A DNA stretch of 32,000 nt from Haloferax volcanii DS2 (GTDB taxonomy: Archaea; Halobacteriota; Halobacteria; Halobacteriales; Haloferacaceae), in assembly GCF_000025685.1 (NCBI RefSeq), contig NC_013966.1:360001-392000 (forward strand). The letters are read 5' to 3'. The notes beneath the pieces are model-generated. The model was not told the origin of the DNA. It made no database searches and saw nothing but the letters and a program-made list of their open reading frames with translations. Shown here piece after piece: positions 1 to 7,271 of the stretch. Each line of letters begins with the position of its first letter. The first letter of the stretch is position 1. Made by a program: the position numbers and the translations under genes.

Positions 1-951
1 AATCGAGAGGGTGGCAAACTTGAACGCACGTCCATCACCGTCTTTCGTCCCGCTGACCATTGGCATTCCTTCAACATCACCGAAGTAGGGCACTGCGGTA
101 ATGTCAAGAGCCACGGTCACTGGCCGCCGAAACGAGACTTCAGACTCGATTACTGAGAGTAGCCGGTTGGTAGCGGTGTCGAACCCATCGAGAAGTGATT
201 CGCTATCGAACTGCTTGACTGCCCGGAGGTGCGTATCACCGTGTGGGCCGTACTCTTTCCCACGTCGGTACTGAAAGCGTGCTGCGCCTTGGGCAGTTCC
301 ACACCCGACCATCCCCATGAACGTCTGTAACTCGAAGAATCGAGAGTCATCGTACGACGCGTTCTCTGCTCTGCCAGAGTCAAATGGCGTGAAACAGTGT
401 TCACGAGCAAGGCGAGTCGTACGAAAAATCTCCTTGTCGTCGAACGTGTCTCTCTGTTCTTCTCCATTACCAGACTCCCCTGAGCCACGTTCTTCGAAAT
501 CGAGGACTTCGTGCTTAGGACGTACTTCAGCAACAGATGGACCGAAATCGTGGATATTTTTGACGAGTAGATGTGCGCCTCGTTCGACAAACTCACGAGT
601 GACTGTGTCGAAGCGATTACGCCACGTTCTCGACAAGACCGACACATCAGGAATACGGTCGAGACCACACGCTGAGGCGAGTTCATGGTAGCCGGAGAGT
701 TTCCGATAGCTGTTTCCAGTGATTTCGCGGTAGAAGAAGAGCTTGAGTATTCCCTGAAATGGGTACGATGCTGGATGCCACTCAGGATAGCCGTCTTCAA
801 GCGTCTCAAGCCGAATTTCAAGTTCTTCGAACGCTTCAAGTAGTGACTTGCCGAGCCGGAGATGTTCCCGAAGGTCGAGGCCAACAAGAAAAGCATCGGT
901 CATTCGAGCAGCACGGGTTTCCATACGACCGATATTTTCAACACTCCTCAT
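1..951 (-). CDS. DDE transposase, ISH3/IS4-like, a different lineage from the other copies; 3' end runs off the window
   Basis: The minus-strand frame with triplets 1-3, 4-6... has no stop from 981 down to 1, with ATG at 951. It is absent from the ORF track because there is no stop in the window. The translation reads MRSVENIGRMETRAARMTDAF...YPFQGILKLFFYREITGNSYRKLSGYHELASACGLDRIPDVSVLSRTWRNRF...VTVALDITAVPYFGDVEGMPMVSGTKDGDGRAFKFATLSI. This has the same layout as the ISH3-type transposases in this window (compare VEVCADLHLRPYYGDEDDTD...TTAFHAYATLYA). Confidence 0.75.
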   Translation of the reverse strand, partial: MRSVENIGRMETRAARMTDAFLVGLDLREHLRLGKSLLEAFEELEIRLETLEDGYPEWHPASYPFQGILKLFFYREITGNSYRKLSGYHELASACGLDRIPDVSVLSRTWRNRFDTVTREFVERGAHLLVKNIHDFGPSVAEVRPKHEVLDFEERGSGESGNGEEQRDTFDDKEIFRTTRLAREHCFTPFDSGRAENASYDDSRFFELQTFMGMVGCGTAQGAARFQYRRGKEYGPHGDTHLRAVKQFDSESLLDGFDTATNRLLSVIESEVSFRRPVTVALDITAVPYFGDVEGMPMVSGTKDGDGRAFKFATLSI

Positions 952-996
952 CAATACCTCGACAAGCGATAGTTCAAGCAGTTATCTAGACAGTGC

Positions 997-1123
997 CGGC
1001 TCTGTTGAAATCCTTCAGCGTTGACATTGAAGAGAGCGCTCCATCTGGCTAGTTTCCGTGGGTCACAGTGAAAACTAGTCTCTCAACAAATCGCAAGACG
1101 GAAAGAGGGTTTCAACAGAGCCG
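997..1123. repeat. Inverted repeat pair about 100 bp apart, just upstream of the left-edge transposase start
   Basis: CCGGCTCTGTTGAAA (997-1010) and its reverse complement within GTTTCAACAGAGCCG (1109-1123). About 14 bp are perfect. It may be an IS terminus plus a solo end, or a small MITE-like unit. Confidence 0.45.
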
Positions 1124-1251
1124 AACGGATGATAACTCGGGTTGTTTGGAACCATACCCTTAGGATTCACTGACTGATGGTGTATGAAAACTGTACCCGT
1201 CTATCGCATTCGAACTATCCAATTACTGTAGTGAGGCGTGGACAATCTCAA

Positions 1252-1485
1252 TTAATATGTTAGATAGATATGCAAGTTTAGGAGGAACAAGAAAATAGCT
1301 ACGACGTATCTGATGAACCTAACTAGTCCAGCCGAAGGCGTCGAGTCTTTAGCTCCCTTCAATCTCATCCGAGCAAACTTTTCAGGAAATATAAACATCA
1401 ACGCCGCAATGCCCATGAAGAGGGCTCCGAATAAATTTCCCATGAGAATCCTATCATTGGTGCGTATAAATTCCTGATGGCTCAA
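1252..1485 (-). CDS. small membrane protein (77 aa, two hydrophobic segments)
   Basis: ORF-track protein with LMGNLFGALFMGIAALMFIF and YVVAIFLFLLNLHIYL segments, in an AT-rich context. No homology recognised. Confidence 0.45.
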   Translation of the reverse strand: MSHQEFIRTNDRILMGNLFGALFMGIAALMFIFPEKFARMRLKGAKDSTPSAGLVRFIRYVVAIFLFLLNLHIYLTY

Positions 1486-1519
1486 TCAATCGTGTATTCG
1501 ATCTTTTTGTACCAAGTAT

Positions 1520-2917
1520 CAGTACCTCACAAAGCATCCTCGCCTAGCTGTCTCTGAAGCCTGAATTCTGTGGCCGAGCGGTTGCATTGGCGGTCTCGAC
1601 GACAGAATCATGGACGGATCGGCGGAGAGCCGTCGCTGTCGGCGGCGGCTGCCGCCGACGCGACAGCGTCGCCACTCCCACCGTTGGCTAGCCCGGTCGG
1701 GAGTTACCGGTGGAACCGGTCGTCCGGTGGCCGGTTCGCGGGGACGGCCCGACGCGTCGCGAGGGCCGTCCACGCTGCCCGTCGGATCATGTTGATGAAC
1801 TCCTTGAATGGCCACTGCCAGAGGCGACGCCCGCCTCGGCGGGGCGTCGCCACGTACTCCCAGTGCAGATACCGCCACACGTTCTGTAACAGCAAGCTCA
1901 CCACGACGTACAGCAGCCGTACAACCGGATTTTGTGTCGAGGTCGTCGCGATACTTTGTTCAGAGAGTCGATAGCTTGCCTCGATACCGAAGCGTTTCGC
2001 GTAGTGGTATCGAGCGTCTCGTGGTGAGTCGATGAACGGCGCGTCAGCGGCGTAGCCGTGACGCGCCACCCCATGTTCGTCGTACCGTCCGTTCTGGTAG
2101 GTACAGTCGATGTAGACGGGGAACTCGACGGTCCAGCTGTGACCGTCGAGTCTCGCCGTCAGACTGTGCTGAATCACGCGACTCCAGCCTTCCGAGAGTT
2201 CTTGCTTGATTGATTGTCCCCAGCGGACGATCGGCATGACGTACGCGTGGTTGTGCGCCTGAAGCAGCGTCAAGCACTTGCTGTCGTAGAATTCGCGGTC
2301 AAGATAGACGGCCTTGACGTTGAGGTCAAGGCCGTCGAGGATACCGAGAAACCCAGCGAGGACGCTGCTGGCGGTGTCGCCGTCTTCGAGACGGCGCACC
2401 GCCAGCGTGTATCGTTTGTTCTTCACGCGCGCGTAGAGTGTCGCGTAGGCGTGGAACGCGGTGGTTCCACGCTTCGCTTGGGAATGATAGAGACCGTCGG
2501 TGTCGTCTTCGTCTCCATAGTAGGGCCGCAGGTGGAGGTCTGCGCAGACCTCCACCTGCTTGGGGAGGACGTCGAGAACGTCTTTCTGGAGGAGCGTGTT
2601 GCCAACTCGTTGGAGTTGGTCCAGTTCAAACTTCGTTCGGAGATGGTAGAGGACCGTGTTTGCGGGAGGCGCGTCTTCACTGTTTTCGCAGAGCGTGGAG
2701 ACGGAGGTCCCGTCGGTGCATGCACCGACGAGGACCTCGTAGATGTTCTCTGCATCGATTTTAGCGTTGTTGGCGAGATTCAGAGAAACTTCCTCGTCAA
2801 GTCGGTTGACGAGGAAGTTAAGGAGCTGGTCCTCGTGGATTTCACTGTCTGCTTGCTTGGTATTAGACACACCTTCTGCAAGCAGACGTCTCAACTAACC
2901 GGCTTTGTGATGTACTG
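1520..2917 (-). mobile_element. ISH3-family insertion sequence, copy 1 (1398 bp, ISH27/ISH51-like), intact with target-site duplication
   Basis: Terminal inverted repeats are CAGTACCTCACAAAGC (1520-1535) and GCTTTGTGATGTACTG (2902-2917), matching 15/16 when reverse-complemented. Direct 5-bp AGTAT lies at 1515-1519 and 2918-2922. There is a single transposase ORF. Confidence 0.9.
1704..2870 (-). CDS. ISH3-family DDE transposase
   Basis: ORF track 1704..2894. The sequence ...NTKQADSEIHEDQLLNFLVNRLDEEV...VEVCADLHLRPYYGDEDDTDGLYHSQAKRGTTAFHAYATLYARV...AVYLDREFYD...RFGIEASYRLSEQ matches my recollection of haloarchaeal ISH3-family transposases. GTG at 2870 (MSNTKQAD...) is a likelier start than the TTG at 2894, which lies in the terminal repeat region. 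Confidence 0.9.
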   Translation of the reverse strand: MSNTKQADSEIHEDQLLNFLVNRLDEEVSLNLANNAKIDAENIYEVLVGACTDGTSVSTLCENSEDAPPANTVLYHLRTKFELDQLQRVGNTLLQKDVLDVLPKQVEVCADLHLRPYYGDEDDTDGLYHSQAKRGTTAFHAYATLYARVKNKRYTLAVRRLEDGDTASSVLAGFLGILDGLDLNVKAVYLDREFYDSKCLTLLQAHNHAYVMPIVRWGQSIKQELSEGWSRVIQHSLTARLDGHSWTVEFPVYIDCTYQNGRYDEHGVARHGYAADAPFIDSPRDARYHYAKRFGIEASYRLSEQSIATTSTQNPVVRLLYVVVSLLLQNVWRYLHWEYVATPRRGGRRLWQWPFKEFINMIRRAAWTALATRRAVPANRPPDDRFHR

Positions 2918-3009
2918 AGTATAGTTCGGGTGGACTTGTCTGAATATTGGATAACTTGTCAACCGGCCATAAAGTATATGCACTTAGGATGACACATCAT
3001 GTTTGCTGT

Positions 3010-3651
3010 ATGACCAGAAATATTGACAGAAAAAGCATTGACCTTTCGAACATCAATCGTAGGAGGTTTGTCCAAGGTGTTAGTTCTACAGTAGGCGTAA
3101 GCGGATTAGGTGTCTCAGGACTTGGAAAGGCCTCTGCGGAGGGTGCACGTGAGTATATTGGGGTGTCATATGATACTAGAACTCACATCACCCAGCGGAA
3201 ATGTACTGCATCACTTAATTATAAACCAGATGGTAGACTGAGTGGGATACTGAAGATTGCAGGTTATAATATACCAGTGGGATCTGACGGAAGGATAAAA
3301 CCGAACTCGAGCTCTGATATGTGGTCTTACTGGATTGAAAAAGAAGAAGAGAAATTCCAGGAAGATGACCAAAAACTACAAATTAGGCTCAACTTCGATG
3401 GAGATAGAATGGTTGGGTGGATGACTCGTCCCACCCCAAAGTTTGCCAAACTCAGCTTCTCGATGAATGCTGTGGATAGAGGTGCAACTATGGACAAAAT
3501 AGAGAGCGCTCTTAATCCAAAGGATCTCTCAAAATTCGACAAAAACCCCACTATCCCTCAAAAAGGAATTCCAACAGAAACGTCAATTCAGAATATGAGA
3601 GTGAAGCCTGATAAGTCAGAAAACTATCTCAAAAAGAGAGGTGGTGAGTGA
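3010..3651 (+). CDS. Tat-signal secreted protein, unknown function (AT-rich cassette 1, gene A)
   Basis: Internal ATG at 3010 of ORF 2947..3651 gives MTRNIDRKSIDLSNINRRRFVQGVSSTVGVSGLGVSGLGKASA-EG. This is a twin-arginine motif (RRRFVQG), an h-region and an AxA cleavage site. The stop overlaps the next gene's start. Confidence 0.6.
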   Translation: MTRNIDRKSIDLSNINRRRFVQGVSSTVGVSGLGVSGLGKASAEGAREYIGVSYDTRTHITQRKCTASLNYKPDGRLSGILKIAGYNIPVGSDGRIKPNSSSDMWSYWIEKEEEKFQEDDQKLQIRLNFDGDRMVGWMTRPTPKFAKLSFSMNAVDRGATMDKIESALNPKDLSKFDKNPTIPQKGIPTETSIQNMRVKPDKSENYLKKRGGE

Positions 3652-4424
3652 TGGAAGATTCAGACGATGTTTCAGTTATTTCGGAGTTCCCAGATAGTGG
3701 TGAGATGTCGATTGATACTAGTACTAATGGGTGTACTACGGATATCGAGGAAACAACAAACTGGGAATACGCAGCAGCTATCTCAGCTGAAGGAGAGAAT
3801 GAGAATATCACGCTTGGGGAAAGTGAATACAAAAATATTTATATCCATGACATGTTCCCTGATCTTCCCACAGATCTCTTGGGTGGCTGTTCGTTTTCAA
3901 CTGGCAGCTACCCATCCGAACCCAGTCCTGATTCAGTAACTTACTCTCTAAATGTTGCTGATGATAAGATATCCCTGTCAGAACCAGTCCCGTGGCCTGA
4001 CGATGACGATAATGAAAATGATTACGACGACTTAGCGGCAATTTCGATAGCTATCGTTGGTGCATTCGTGGCTCCGTGGAAGTCTATTGCTCTATCTGGC
4101 ATCTCTCTTTTGCTTGACACTGATTTGCAAGATCCGATTACGTTTGATCGAGATACATCCAATGGCGAAACGTTCACTTGGGACTATCTATTGGATGCTA
4201 GTTCAGGATTAGATGGGTTTCCGGATACCCGAGAAGAAACTGGTGGTATCCGTGCAAGTGTGCGTAATGAGGGATTGGGATCTGGTGACTACACAGACAT
4301 CTCTGTTGACACGTCATTCACGTTTCGAGTCCCCTCTCTTGGTGGATACTGCCCATGTGAAGGCTATGTTTTAGTCAATGAGACTGCTGAGAGTTCGTTC
4401 CTGGAATTAGTCGAAGGCGAATAG
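3651..4424 (+). CDS. very acidic protein with a central ~28-aa hydrophobic segment, unknown function (cassette 1, gene B)
   Basis: ORF track 3648..4424; GTG 3648 or ATG 3651 overlaps the upstream TGA at 3649-3651. It has D/E-rich flanks (PWPDDDDNENDYDD) around LAAISIAIVGAFVAPWKSIALSGISLLL. No signal peptide. Confidence 0.55.
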   Translation: MEDSDDVSVISEFPDSGEMSIDTSTNGCTTDIEETTNWEYAAAISAEGENENITLGESEYKNIYIHDMFPDLPTDLLGGCSFSTGSYPSEPSPDSVTYSLNVADDKISLSEPVPWPDDDDNENDYDDLAAISIAIVGAFVAPWKSIALSGISLLLDTDLQDPITFDRDTSNGETFTWDYLLDASSGLDGFPDTREETGGIRASVRNEGLGSGDYTDISVDTSFTFRVPSLGGYCPCEGYVLVNETAESSFLELVEGE

Positions 4425-4474
4425 GTTAAGCAACCAATCAAAATATTCTACATCCTTCACTAAAATAATATTGT

Positions 4475-4622
4475 CTTGAATGTGAGAGAAAATCACTTGT
4501 CAAGACCGTTGAGAGGAAGCTAAGGAGCTGGTCCTCGTGAATTTGATCGTCTGCTTGCTGCTGTTGTTTGGACACATCTTCAGCAAGCAGACGTCTCAAC
4601 TAACCGACTTTGTAATGTACTA
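4475..4622 (-). mobile_element. diverged ISH3-family 5'-end remnant (terminal repeat plus first ~40 codons)
   Basis: GAGGAAGCTAAGGAGCTGGTCCTCGTGAATTTGATCGTCTGCTTGCTG...CAGCAAGCAGACGTCTCAACTAACCGACTTTGTAATGTACTA aligns with 2805-2917 of copy 1 with scattered mismatches. Similarity fades upstream of about 4475. Confidence 0.7.
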
Positions 4623-4629
4623 AATACGC

Positions 4630-4885
4630 GTGAAAATAAGACACGCAACAGAACCCAAACTCCGAAGTTGTGGACTCCACAACCTCGGAGGATGGGCGTG
4701 TTGCGTGCCTTCTATTCAAGCACAACAACGGAGAAATAGGTGCTGTCTATCGGTTTTGATTTCATATCACTCAGAAAACCTTTCCACGCTTTCTCACCGT
4801 GACGAACTCGGAAATCACGAGACGAGGGCCTAATCAAACACAAACCATGTGAAAATAAGACACGCAACAGAACCCAAACTCCGAA
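4630..4885. repeat. 37-bp perfect direct repeat pair (4630-4666 and 4849-4885); the first copy leads into a ~66-nt imperfect palindrome (4642-4707)
   Basis: GTGAAAATAAGACACGCAACAGAACCCAAACTCCGAA occurs twice. In copy 1, CACGCAACA (4642-4650) pairs with TGTTGCGTG (4699-4707), and CTCCGAAGTTGTGGA (4660-4674) pairs with TCCACAACCTCGGAG (4676-4690), with one mismatch. Confidence 0.8.
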
Positions 4886-4938
4886 ACTGTGCTGGCCGGA
4901 AGACCGGACTGTGTGGTGGACATCTCGGTATGAATCCT

Positions 4939-5228
4939 CAGTACATCACAAAGCCGGTTAGTTGAGACGTCTGCTTGCAGAAGGTGTGTCTAATACCAAG
5001 CAAGCAGACAGTGAAATCCACGAGGACCAGCTCCTTAACTTCCTCGTCAACCGACTTGACGAGGAAGTTTCTCTGAATCTCGCCAACAACGCTAAAATCG
5101 ATGCAGAGAACATCTACGAGGTCCTCGTCGGTGCATGCACCGACGGGACCTCCGTCTCCACGCTCTGCGAAAACAGTGAAGACGCGCCTCCCGCAAACAC
5201 GGTCCTCTACCATCTCCGAACGAAGTTT
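4939..5228 (+). mobile_element. ISH3-family 5' fragment (290 bp, same subtype as copy 1), truncated by insertion of the next element
   Basis: It starts with CAGTACATCACAAAGCCGG at 4939. The encoded N-terminus (ORF 4962..5255) is identical to copy 1 through ...VLYHLRTKF. The sequence then switches abruptly to a new terminal repeat at 5229. Confidence 0.9.
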
Positions 5229-5702
5229 CAGTACCTCACAAAGCCGTTTAGTTAGAAGGTCTGCTTGCTGAAGATGTGTCCAACAACCAGCAAACAGACG
5301 ATGAAATCCACGAGGACCAGCTCCTTAACTTCCTCGTCAACTCTCTTGACGAGGAAGTTGCTCTCTCACTCGCTGAAAACGCTGAACTCGATGCTGAAGA
5401 CATCTACGAGGTCCTCGTCGGCGCCTGCGCCGACGGGACCTCGGTCTCAACGCTCTGTGAGAGAAGCGAAAATGCACCCCACGAAAACTCCGTTCTCTAC
5501 CATCTCCGCACTAAATTCGATCTAGAAACGCTCGAACAGGTGGGCAACATGCTCCTCCAGAAAGACGTTCTCGACGTCCTTCCCCAGCAGGTGGAGGTCT
5601 GCGCAGACCTCCACCTGCGGCCCTACTATGGTGACGAAGACGACACGGACGGCCTGTATCACTCACAAGCGAAGCGTGGAACCACCGCGTTCCACGCGTA
5701 CG
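5229..5702 (+). mobile_element. ISH3-family 5' fragment (about 474 bp, subtype of copy 4), truncated by the IS4-family element
   Basis: It starts with CAGTACCTCACAAAGCCGTTTAGTTAGAAGG at 5229. ORF 5276..5719 matches the copy-4 transposase N-terminus through ...TTAFHAYA. Homology stops at CACGCGTACGC (about 5703, +/-1 nt). Confidence 0.9.
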
Positions 5703-7147
5703 CATCCGTTCTAGTTTAACGAAGAATCCAGTTGCTGTCTGTTGATTTGATATCGTCGCAACTACCTGATTGAGAAACCCGGTGGGAAGTATGACCTACA
5801 GCCCACCGGATTCGGTCATAGTTGACCGGATTCAAAGAGCGTTTCCCTCTGATGAGTTGCGCGAGCGCGCTCGCGCAACGAATCTCGTCCAACGAGAGCG
5901 GAAATTCGACATCGTTGCGCTGTTCTACACACTCTCGTTTGGCTTCGCTGCTGGCTCAGACCGCTCTCTCCAAGCATTTCTCGAACGCTACGTCGAGATG
6001 GCTGACTGTGACGAACTCTCCTACGCATCGTTCCACGACTGGTTCGAACCAGGATTCGTTGCACTCCTTCGAGAGATTCTCGATGACGCAATCGAGAATC
6101 TCGATACCGGACGAGAAGATTTGAACGGCCGTCTCGAACGCTTTCGAGACGTCCTCATTGCTGACGCAACCATCGTTTCGCTGTACCAGGACGCCGCTGA
6201 TATCTACACAGCAACCGGCGACCATCAAGCCGAACTGAAACTTCACCTCACCGAATCTCTCTCGACTGGGCTCCCGACACGATTCCGGACAACCGATGGG
6301 ACGACTCATGAACGGAGTCAGCTACCCACCGGTGAGTGGGTAGCTGACGCCCTCATCTTGCTCGATTTAGGCTTCTACGACTTCTGGTTGTTCGACCGAA
6401 TCGACCAGAACGGCGGGTGGTTCGTCTCCCGGGTGAAGGACAACGCGAACTTCGAGATCGTCGAAGAACTGCGAACGTGGCGAGGCAACAGCATTCCGCT
6501 GGAAGGAGAGTCGCTGCAGGCCGTCCTTGAGGACCTGCAGCGACAGGAAATCGACGTACGCATCACGCTTTCATTCGAGCGCAAACGAGGGTCGGGCGCC
6601 AGCGCGACCCGGTCGTTCCGATTGGTCGGCCTGCGTAACAAGGAGAGCGAAGAGTACCATCTGTATCTGACGAATCTGGCGAGAGAAAGCTACAGCGCGC
6701 CCGATATCGCGCAGCTCTATCGGGCGCGCTGGGAGGTCGAACTGCTGTTCAAGGAGTTGAAGTCGCGGTTCGGCTTGGACGAGATCAAGACGACCGACGG
6801 CTACATCATCGAGGCGCTGATCATCATGGCCGCAATTTCGTTGATGATGAGTCGTGTAATCGTGGATGAGTTACGGTCGCTCGAGGCAAGACAGCGAGAG
6901 GGCGAAGCCGCCGCAGACGCCGACTCGTCGGCGTCGCGGCTCCCTCGGCGTCGCTGTTCGCTCGCCGTGGAACGCCACGGTCATCTAATCCAGTTGTATC
7001 TCATGATCGAGTTGGGCTACGAACTGCCGGATTTGGACGAGCTGTTGCTGTGGGCGTCGCGTAATCCAAATCCACACAGGCAACGGTTACGTGAGCAGGT
7101 TGAACGAGGTGAGTTCGGCTTTGATCGCTACTAAACTAGAACGCATG
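5703..7147 (+). mobile_element. IS4-family insertion sequence (~1445 bp)
   Basis: Terminal inverted repeats are CATCCGTTCTAGTTTA (5703-5718) and TAAACTAGAACGCATG (7132-7147), matching 15/16. There is a single transposase ORF. No matching target duplication is seen in the flanks (CGCGTACG / GCTGGCCC). Confidence 0.85.
5791..7134 (+). CDS. IS4-family DDE transposase
   Basis: ORF track 5770..7134 (TTG); the first ATG is at 5791 (MTYSPPDS...). It contains YRARWEVELLFKELKS, an exact fit to the IS4-family Y-x2-R-x3-E-x6-K signature. Upstream are ADATIVSL and LLDLGFYD, DDE-like acidic positions. Confidence 0.88.
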   Translation: MTYSPPDSVIVDRIQRAFPSDELRERARATNLVQRERKFDIVALFYTLSFGFAAGSDRSLQAFLERYVEMADCDELSYASFHDWFEPGFVALLREILDDAIENLDTGREDLNGRLERFRDVLIADATIVSLYQDAADIYTATGDHQAELKLHLTESLSTGLPTRFRTTDGTTHERSQLPTGEWVADALILLDLGFYDFWLFDRIDQNGGWFVSRVKDNANFEIVEELRTWRGNSIPLEGESLQAVLEDLQRQEIDVRITLSFERKRGSGASATRSFRLVGLRNKESEEYHLYLTNLARESYSAPDIAQLYRARWEVELLFKELKSRFGLDEIKTTDGYIIEALIIMAAISLMMSRVIVDELRSLEARQREGEAAADADSSASRLPRRRCSLAVERHGHLIQLYLMIELGYELPDLDELLLWASRNPNPHRQRLREQVERGEFGFDRY

Positions 7148-7271
7148 GCTGGCCCACGAAGATCTGAGCCCGACTGACCTCCGAAACCGGATTAACACGC
7201 TCCCCAGCGGAGAGTGGATCGCCCAACTCCCGAGTCCATCATTCGGGGAGACCGGCCCAGCCCCGTTTTCG

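Noticed and set aside
150-896. 248-aa minus-strand ORF from the supplied track
   Set aside because: It is Ser/Arg/Thr-rich with no recognisable motif. It overlaps another minus-strand frame (1-951) that is stop-free and encodes a clearly transposase-like protein, so this ORF is the wrong frame.
1519-2035. Four ORFs in the 3' part of ISH3 copy 1 (119, 134, 61 and 75 aa), repeated identically at 18106-18622
   Set aside because: Their identity only reflects the identical IS sequence. They are Arg/Pro/Ala-rich, overlap the transposase C-terminus or the terminal repeat, and have no independent support.
4630-4833. 67-aa plus-strand ORF
   Set aside because: It starts inside the 37-bp repeat, runs through the palindrome, and is Cys/Arg/His-rich. 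It is more likely an artefact of repeat sequence.
4630-4885. The 37-bp direct repeat as a minimal CRISPR array
   Set aside because: There are only two copies, 182 nt apart. There is no third repeat, no leader-like context and no cas genes in the window. The first copy is part of a longer palindrome, which fits mobile-element ends better.
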